A stretch of 30,241 nt of DNA from Macrostomum lignano (Eukaryota). Within the stretch, counting starts at the first letter, position 1; every line of letters starts with the position of its first letter. Below the pieces are notes generated by a model, which was given only the letters and a program-made list of their open reading frames with translations, searched no databases and had not been told where the DNA came from. The stretch covers positions 1 through 30,241 of the forward strand of contig NIVC01004954.1 of the NCBI GenBank assembly GCA_002269645.1. The letters are read 5' to 3'. Both the position numbers and the translations under genes were made by a program. Positions 19,604 to 26,010 of this stretch are shown here, piece by piece.

Positions 19604-19771
19604 GAAATTTTTCTAACATTTACCAAAATCAGCCAGATGTGTGTGTCCAGAAATTCTACAGAAATTCTCCATCTCTACTCTGCATTCCAGTTGGCCCGTT
19701 CAAATTTTCAAACAAGAGTTAAAACAGGTAAAACTGACATTGTTTTAGTTTCTAACATCAATATACAATTC

Positions 19772-19862
19772 AGCATCCATTAATGATGATTTCATTTTAC
19801 ACCGTCATGCTGTTTGATTTCAATAATGAAATTTAACCATATTGGCAGCTGAGATGGATGCT
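19772..19862 (+). ncRNA. Box C/D snoRNA, four-copy family, copy 4
   Basis: Box C 19783-19789, guide TACACCGTCATGCTGT + TTGA, box D 19849-19852, 9-bp stem AGCATCCAT/ATGGATGCT (included). Confidence 0.85.
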
Positions 19863-20064
19863 CTACGGTGTACATTTGGTCTTATAGCATATTTAAGAAA
19901 ATTATACTCGTAGATAGCTAATTTGACTGCGTGTGTTCTAAGACGAATTTCTCTAAGTTTCTTCTTATCGTGTAACTTATGAATGGATAGTTTTGAGCAA
20001 ACAAGCTGGCAATGGTGTAATAATCTTATCTATCAGATAGAATACACGCTTGGCTATTTTTATC

Positions 20065-20136
20065 ATGACGATCCAACAATTTAGTATCAACCTTATCAGT
20101 GTATTGGATTCAATATAAAGCACTACAGCGCTCTGT
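20065..20136 (+). pseudogene. Decayed SNORD48-like copy 2
   Basis: Retains ACCTTATC and CACTACAGCGCT of the 16189 copy, but box C is ATGACGA and box D is CTGT. Confidence 0.65.
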
Positions 20137-20496
20137 CGTCTAGATAAAGCTGGTATTTTAGCTCCTATTCGAGGCCTAAGTGTTTTGCTTAACGTATCTT
20201 CCTTATTTTATGTTGGTGCCTCCCAGGGTTTTTTTTTGTGCGCAGAGTGTGCGTATGCACCCTAAATTTTAAAATCGCACCCTGAAATTAAAAAAGTAGG
20301 TGCGGTTTAGGTGCGGTCTTATAACCATTTTTCTTTAAAGGCTTAACCATGCTTAAGCTATTTTTTATGCACTGCCTTAAAATATGAAACAAAATAACTC
20401 TTTAATTCCTATTAAGTCATATAGGCAATATAGCCTATAGCTATAGCCTTATGTAAGATATTAAAATATACATTCCCAGTTGTCTGAACTGTGAGC

Positions 20497-22983
20497 AATG
20501 TGAGGGTTTCACGAGAGATATTCAGACAAAGGCTCCCTAAAACACGCCCCACACCGGGCCCCGAACTGCTACACATTATAACATTTTTTGTCAATGCAGT
20601 ATTTGATTGCAAGGAAAAGTTAAAATAGTAATGGAATAAATATCTTTATTTATTTTTTTAAATATTATTATTTTTATATTCTCGTTTTCATTATTAAATT
20701 ATAATATTATTATTTTATTAATATTATTATTAATATCACTTATTGTTCACCGAATTTTATATTTCAAAGTAAAAAAACTAAATTTAATAAAAACTTGAAG
20801 CTTAACAGAAAATGCATTCTGAAGTGTCTTTAGTTATAGTCCAATTTGTTTTAATGTGTAGCGCTGCAGGGCGGTGCGGGGCGTGTTTTAGGGAGACCCA
20901 TTCAGACAGACATTCAAAATGATTGTCTGTAACTTCAAACAAAATTGACCCGCTTCAACCATCTTTTTGGCAAATACTTACGCAAGTGTTGGGCGTCGAA
21001 TAAGCTTTAATTTATTAACTGAAGTAAAAATCCTTCTGACATACATTGATTTAAAAATTGCTTAGCAACACTAGCTCTGATTAGAAATCGCTTTACTGTT
21101 GACTAAAATTGTTTTGATCGTAGCAGCCTAAAAGCAGATACTGGATTTAAAAATGCTTCGATTTACTCTATACGCATGTCTCAGCTTTAAAATGACACCT
21201 CAGGCGTCGCAAAAGACAGCTTTGATGCTGAGATATTCGACACTAAACATGCATTGCTTTGCGCAATCTCACATTCAGAAATTTCACTGATTTTTTGTCG
21301 ATATTTGTGCAGTTGCCATGTCCTTGTTTTTCATCAGAATCTTGTCAAATTCTAGTCATGTCTATACGCATGTCTCAGCTTTAAAATGACACCTCAGGCA
21401 TTGCAAAAGACAGCTTTGATGCTGAGATATTCGACACTAAACATTGCTTTGCTCAAACTCACATTCGGAAACTTCACTGATTTTTATTCAATATTTGTTC
21501 AGATGCTTGTCTACTTCTCCATTTATTAACCATCGCATGGAGCCTTGCTAACGTACAAGTGTATGTAGTTACAGTAAATGGGGTTTTTGTGACTCACTTA
21601 AACTTGTTTACGCATTCTGCAGCTATTCGCCGCCTTTCATTGGAGTGATTCATGGAGTCCAGTTGATAAATTTCCACAAATTGGACTGCTTCTACGTCAG
21701 ATCTCAACATTTGGAACCGTCCTTGAACTATTTCAGAGTTAAGTGAGCTAATGGCATCAAATGGAAGGCTAGTGCTCGTACTTGTAAGCGAAGCAGGTTC
21801 ACAATTGAAATGGTTATATTCATGGCCATGGGATCTAAACTGATCTGTTTTACTTTCACGATCGCTTTGGTCTCAGAAGGAGCAGCAGTTGATGGACTGA
21901 GGTGAGAAGAAGATGTGTCACGACTTGAGCTGTTTATAGAAAATATCTTTATCCAATTAAATATTTTCATGCGGCTCCTTAGGTTGTTCCGAATTCCGAG
22001 TCTAGAAGTCAAGACAGAAAAAAAGTTAAGAACTGCTACTGTAGTCCGTAGGGATTGGAAAGCTTAGCAGTACATTAGAAATCGCCAGTTCAATCTAAAA
22101 AGTTTGAAGTACATATAGCTATTGGGTTGCAACAACAGTAGAAAAAATTCTTCCTTTTTATTTTATTCCCACCGCTTACCTCATTCCGATTTGGATAGCA
22201 GAATTGCCACGCAAAAAAAGTAAAAACATAACAATAAACTATTTGCTTCATATTAATTGCCACTGACTGTTAATAAACGCGACGTCAATTTCTCTCAATA
22301 ACAGTTGGAACATGTTTCTCGTACACTCGTATATTTATTTGAACCGCAAAGCGGTGAAAAAGTCATGATTGGTTGCCATATGTACAAATGTACACTCACA
22401 GACTCACTGACTCAGGTACAATCTATGCAATATAAAGGCAGGAATCATTAAAAATCAAATACTTAAGACAGTTTAAGAGAAGTCCAGGTTTAAACTGGAC
22501 ATGACTAAAATTTGACAAGTTTCTGATGAAAAACAAGGACACGGCAACTGCACAAATATCGACAAAAAATCAGTGAAATTTCTGAATGTGAGATTGCGCA
22601 AAGCAATGCATGTTTAGTGTCAAATATCTCAGCATCAAAGCTGTCTTTTGCGATGCCTGAGGTGTCATTTTAAAGCTGAGACATGCGTATAGAGTAAATC
22701 GAAGCATTTTTAAATCCAGTATCTGCTTTTAGGCTGCTACAATCAAAACAATTTTAGTCAACAGTAAAGCAATTTCTAATCAGAGCTAGTGTTGCTAAGC
22801 AATTTTTAAATCAATGTATGTCAGAAGGATTTTTACTTCAGTTAATAAATTAAAGCTTATTCGACGCCCAACACTTGCGTAAGTATTTGCCAAAAAGATG
22901 GTTGAAGCGGGTCAATTTTGTTTAAAGTTACAGACGATCGTTTCGAATGTCTGTCTGAATATCTCTCGTGAAACCCTCACATT
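20497..22983. mobile_element. Foldback-like element with ~490-bp terminal inverted repeats
   Basis: AATGTGAGGGTTTCACGAGAGATATTCAGACA (20497-20528) plus 20909-21362 is the near-perfect reverse complement of 22498-22983; partial tandem duplication of the left arm at ~21363-21490. Confidence 0.85.
20529..20899. mobile_element. 371-bp MITE with 9-bp TSD (Mutator-like) inserted in the left arm of the foldback element
   Basis: TSD ATTCAGACA at 20520-20528 and 20900-20908; inverted CTCCCTAAAACACGCCC / GGGCGTGTTTTAGGGAG near the ends; very AT-rich core. Confidence 0.8.
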
Positions 22984-23228
22984 CTAAACAAGACTCAAGA
23001 GAAATTGCACTCTGAGCCTTAAAATCGCACCTTGAAATTTGGCACAAGGTGCGATTTCGCACCTTATCTCTGGCGAAAAAAAAAACCCAGGACTGCCTCC
23101 CTAAAATCCTCAGATTATGTGACGCACCTAATGCTGCATGATTCAGTTTACTTGTAAGTGACTGCCAATATGCTCGTAATATAATTAAATAAATATATAA
23201 TTTGTATACTCGTACCAGAAACTAACTA

Positions 23229-23305
23229 GTGATGAATAATTCCTTACCTACTATGATAATGTTTTAGAAAACTCCAGTTGTGATTTAAAAATATCCCTAA
23301 TCTGA
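23229..23305 (+). ncRNA. Box C/D snoRNA predicted to guide 28S GUAGmGUAAGGG, copy 2
   Basis: Box C GTGATGA 23229-23235; TTCCTTACCTAC + D' ATGA; box D 23302-23305 preceded by ATATCCCTAA. Confidence 0.85.
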
Positions 23306-23485
23306 CTTTATTACTAATTATAGTATTTTACGCTACTATCTTAGGCATTTTTTTCAATTACTTTAAGTAGTCACTTTCCTCTCAAAATTTTAGTACATAT
23401 TCTTGCTTGGCTGGCTAGTGCTGCAACTAATTTAGCAAGGTAAGATCAGTAGGACCTGTAGAGGCTTATGTTATATTAAGAATCC

Positions 23486-23554
23486 GTGATGATAACTCAG
23501 AATTCTTCACTTTGACCTGATTATTGACAATGTGATGATAGCACTGGGTTCTGA
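23486..23554 (+). ncRNA. SNORD37: Dual-guide box C/D snoRNA SNORD37+SNORD88 equivalent, copy 2
   Basis: Box C 23486-23492; TTCTTCACTTTGA + D' 23517-23520; perfect C' GTGATGA; AGCACTGGG + box D 23551-23554. Confidence 0.9.
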
Positions 23555-23615
23555 ATTGTTTTTAATATAACTAGCCTCTAGTTTTTTAAAATCAGATTGC
23601 TTTTTTATTAGCTAA

Positions 23616-23691
23616 ATGATGACAAAAACAATTTGACACCTCTTGTCCGATGTAAATAACATAAATGCGGACTGTTATTAGATATACCTGA
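23616..23691 (+). ncRNA. Box C/D snoRNA, copy 3 of the 17783 family (keeps 28S Gm2791-type D' guide, D guide degenerate)
   Basis: Box C 23616-23622; TGACACCTCTTG + D' CCGA; TATTAGATATA (vs TATTAGCTCTA) + box D 23688-23691. Confidence 0.85.
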
Positions 23692-23885
23692 GAAATCATT
23701 TCTAGGACTCTAGTAAAATGCGAAAATAATAAGCTACTATTGTTTAAGTCAATCAATTAAATCTTTTCAGCAGCGAATGCGGCTGATTGCTTCAAAATAT
23801 GTCGAATTCAATTTTTTTCGCAGGTAGGCGTCTCTTATCAGTTGTTTGATTCTGAACTCTTAAGCAAGCTACTCCACCACCTGTA

Positions 23886-23949
23886 ATGATGATTTATATG
23901 GATTAGTCTTTCTTAGTTCTCAAATGTGCAGACAAACGCCCCTATCTGA
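23886..23949 (+). ncRNA. SNORD80: Box C/D snoRNA, Gm1625/908 guide, copy 2
   Basis: Box C 23886-23892; GATTAGTCTTT + D' CTTA; CGCCCCTAT + box D 23946-23949. Confidence 0.87.
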
Positions 23950-24139
23950 CTACTGTCAATTATAGCTATGCAAAATAGCTCATTTATGTAGTGTGCCAGA
24001 CCTTTTATTGTCTGATTGTTAATTTACCATTTTATTTTTGCAGGAGTTCAATCAAATCCAGTTTGTGCTCTAAGATCTGCAGCTTTAAGGTGAGACAATG
24101 CTATTTCTAACCCAATAAATCAGGAGTTCACGTTGTAAA

Positions 24140-24218
24140 ATGATGAGACATTTTTGGATCAACCATATGAGTCAATGTAGCTATTGGCTAAATGAATTGC
24201 GTCTAAAATTCTCTCTGA
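24140..24218 (+). ncRNA. Box C/D snoRNA with D' guide to the 18S 5' end (predicted Um8); U6 element degenerate
   Basis: Box C 24140-24146; GGATCAACCA + D' ATGA complementary to 18S UGGUUGAUCC; CTAAAATTCTCT + box D 24215-24218. Confidence 0.85.
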
Positions 24219-24261
24219 TTTATTGCCCCTTTCCAATATCCTACTAACCAGCTGTACATCA

Positions 24262-24340
24262 ATGATGAGACATTTCCTGGATCAACCATATGAGCCTGAC
24301 TATTGTTAGGTCTATGAATGGTGCCTAATCTTCTCTCTGA
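24262..24340 (+). ncRNA. SNORD7: Dual-guide box C/D snoRNA: D' = 18S U8, D = U6 snRNA Am47 (SNORD7/mgU6-47 equivalent)
   Basis: Box C 24262-24268; GGATCAACCA + D' ATGA; CTAATCTTCTCT (12-nt perfect complement of U6 AGAGAAGAUUAG, nt 43-54) + box D 24337-24340; D+5 = A47. Confidence 0.88.
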
Positions 24341-24898
24341 ATGATAGCAAATATCTACTAGGTCTGTTACTACAGGATTAAGCTGGGTAACTTTTAAGCG
24401 TCACTTGCTTCTCTTTACATTTCAGAGCCTCGAAATTGCTTCTGGAGATTTCCTTTTTTATATTATCCGGCTCTACAAAACAATTGTGATAGACATTTTA
24501 TTTGATTTGATTTGATTAAAGTCAAATTTTGACAGCAAATTGTAACTAATTTCTGTTATAATATATTTATTTACTGAGCCTATAAGCTTGCTAACAAACG
24601 AACGGTCTTTCTCTGTTTTCGCTGTTTCATGTATTTAAAGAGTTTATTAAATACAAATACGTAATATTATCTTGAAATCATGATATTCGTGATTTGATTA
24701 CACCCTGAGAACATTCTGTCACTTTCACTAAAGGCATATTAGGATAGAGGATAGAAAAATGCAAGGCCCGTAACAGAAACTAGATATGTATAGAACGTGA
24801 AGGAATGTGCAGTTCTGAAAGCTAGTGTGTGAGGGAGCTGTAGTCGGGTAGTAGGTAGTAAGGGTGGAAAATGTAGGTTAGTAGTCATACTTGCGCAA

Positions 24899-25040
24899 CC
24901 TTGGGAATCACTCGGCCGTTTCTATTGGCAACACGCATGTAAGTCGCTATTGGCTGAGAGCAGTCGCGTGACTACTATTCCGTCCAATAGCGGCTTACAT
25001 GTGTGTGTTGCCAATAGAAACGGCCGGGTGAATCCCTAGG
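24899..25040. mobile_element. 142-bp palindromic MITE-like element
   Basis: Two ~55-bp arms are near-perfect reverse complements (CACTCGGCCGTTTCTATTGGCAACAC / GTGTTGCCAATAGAAACGGCCGGGTG); flanks TTGCGCAA / TTGCGCCC resemble a degenerate 8-bp TSD. Confidence 0.65.
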
Positions 25041-25074
25041 TTGCGCCCAAGCATGGTAGTAGTGTTAAAGACGC

Positions 25075-25360
25075 AGGTTTAGGGTAGCAGTGTAAAGGGA
25101 GGCAGGTGTAGGGTAGCAGCGTGAAGGAAGGCAGGTGTAGGTAGCAGTGTGAAGGGAGGCAGGTGTAGGTAGCAGCGTGAAGGGAGGCAGGTGTAGGTAG
25201 CAGTGTGAAGGGAGGCAGGTGTAGGTAGCAGTGTGAAGGGAAGCAGGTGTAGGTAGCAGCGTGAAGGGAGGCAGGTGTTGGTAGCAGCGTGAAGGGAAGC
25301 AGGTGTAGGTAGCAGCGTGAAGGGAGGTGTAGGTAGTAGTGTGGAGGGAGGCAGGTGTAA
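25075..25360. repeat. 28-bp purine-rich tandem repeat (GTAGGTAGCAGTGTGAAGGGAGGCAGGT)n
   Basis: About 9-10 units directly visible. Confidence 0.92.
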
Positions 25361-25461
25361 GTAACAGCTTTAAGAGCTACGAACTTACTACTTTCGTTTC
25401 TACCTATATTCAGTCTTGCTTGATAATAATTTAAACAAATCACTACAACTTTCCCACAGCC

Positions 25462-26010
25462 ATGTTTCGCAAATTCGACGACAAAGAGAACATCTCGTCC
25501 GTAAACAACGCCAAGAACAGTGTCCAGAAGGGTATCAGAAACACCATTCTGACGCAGTATCCGGGATGCGCAGATTACGTTGACCAGATTCTACCCAAGA
25601 AGGAGACGCTCAGCGTTGTCAAATGCCACGAGCACATCGAGCTGTACGCCAACCCGGCTGGCGAGGTGCTGTTCTTCAGGCAGCGCGACTCGCCGCTGTA
25701 TCCCAGCTTGAAACTGCTGCACAGATATCCGTTCATGCTGCCGCACATGCAGGCGGACAAGGGCGCTATCAAATTCCTGCTGAACGGGTCCAATGTGATG
25801 TGCCCGGGCCTGACCACGCCTGGCGGCCGGCTGTCCCAGGTGCCAGCTAGCACAGTTGTTGCCGTCATGGCCGAAGGCAAACAGCACGCGTTAGCAATCG
25901 GCTTGACGGCGATGAGCGCGGACGAGATTGCCAGCAAGAACAAAGGAGTTGGCATCGAGACTGTGCACTGTTTAAATGACGGCCTGTGGCGGCTGCGTTC
26001 TGTCAAGTAG
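25462..26010 (+). CDS. MCTS1: Malignant T-cell-amplified sequence 1 homolog (pre-PUA + PUA domain; translation recycling/reinitiation factor, DENR partner)
   Basis: Single 182-aa ORF with hallmark MFxKFDxKEN start, CHEHIE, LFFRQR, YPxLxLLHxYP, DKGAIKFxLxGxNxMCPGLT, AEGKQHAL and HxLNDGLW motifs; intronless. Confidence 0.97.
   Translation: MFRKFDDKENISSVNNAKNSVQKGIRNTILTQYPGCADYVDQILPKKETLSVVKCHEHIELYANPAGEVLFFRQRDSPLYPSLKLLHRYPFMLPHMQADKGAIKFLLNGSNVMCPGLTTPGGRLSQVPASTVVAVMAEGKQHALAIGLTAMSADEIASKNKGVGIETVHCLNDGLWRLRSVK

Larger units (their letters stand above)
20225..23093. mobile_element. Outer non-autonomous DNA-transposon-like element hosting nested insertions
   Basis: Ends AGGGTTTTTTTTT ... 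AAAAAAAAAACCCAGG (imperfect inverted), subterminal AAAATCGCACC repeats at both ends, 8-bp direct repeat TGCCTCCC at 20217-20224 and 23094-23101. Confidence 0.55.
10858..24540 (+). ncRNA. Non-coding multi-exon snoRNA host gene (UHG/GAS5-like architecture)
   Basis: Tiny AG...GT-bounded exons with no shared ORF: 13573-13601, 14232-14290, 14503-14549, 15164-15185, ~15387-15454, 16350-16388, 16605-16641, 17934-17960, 18206-18246, ~18508/18533-18582, 19132-19171, 19420-19478, ~19633-19727, 23114-23153, 23394-23439, 23771-23823, 24044-24089, 24426-end (ATTAAA 24515-24520), alternating with same-strand snoRNAs. 5' end is inferred. Confidence 0.85.

Noticed and set aside
21595-22012. Minus-strand reading frames inside the foldback element as a transposase
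   Set aside because: Short, stop-interrupted and without any DDE, zinc-finger or HTH motif I can recognise; a tBLASTn/HMMER search would be needed.
23111-23127. CAGATTATG resembling the antisense of the elongator tRNA-Met anticodon loop (SNORD97-type guide)
   Set aside because: Only 9 nt, straddles a splice acceptor, no box C or proper box D.
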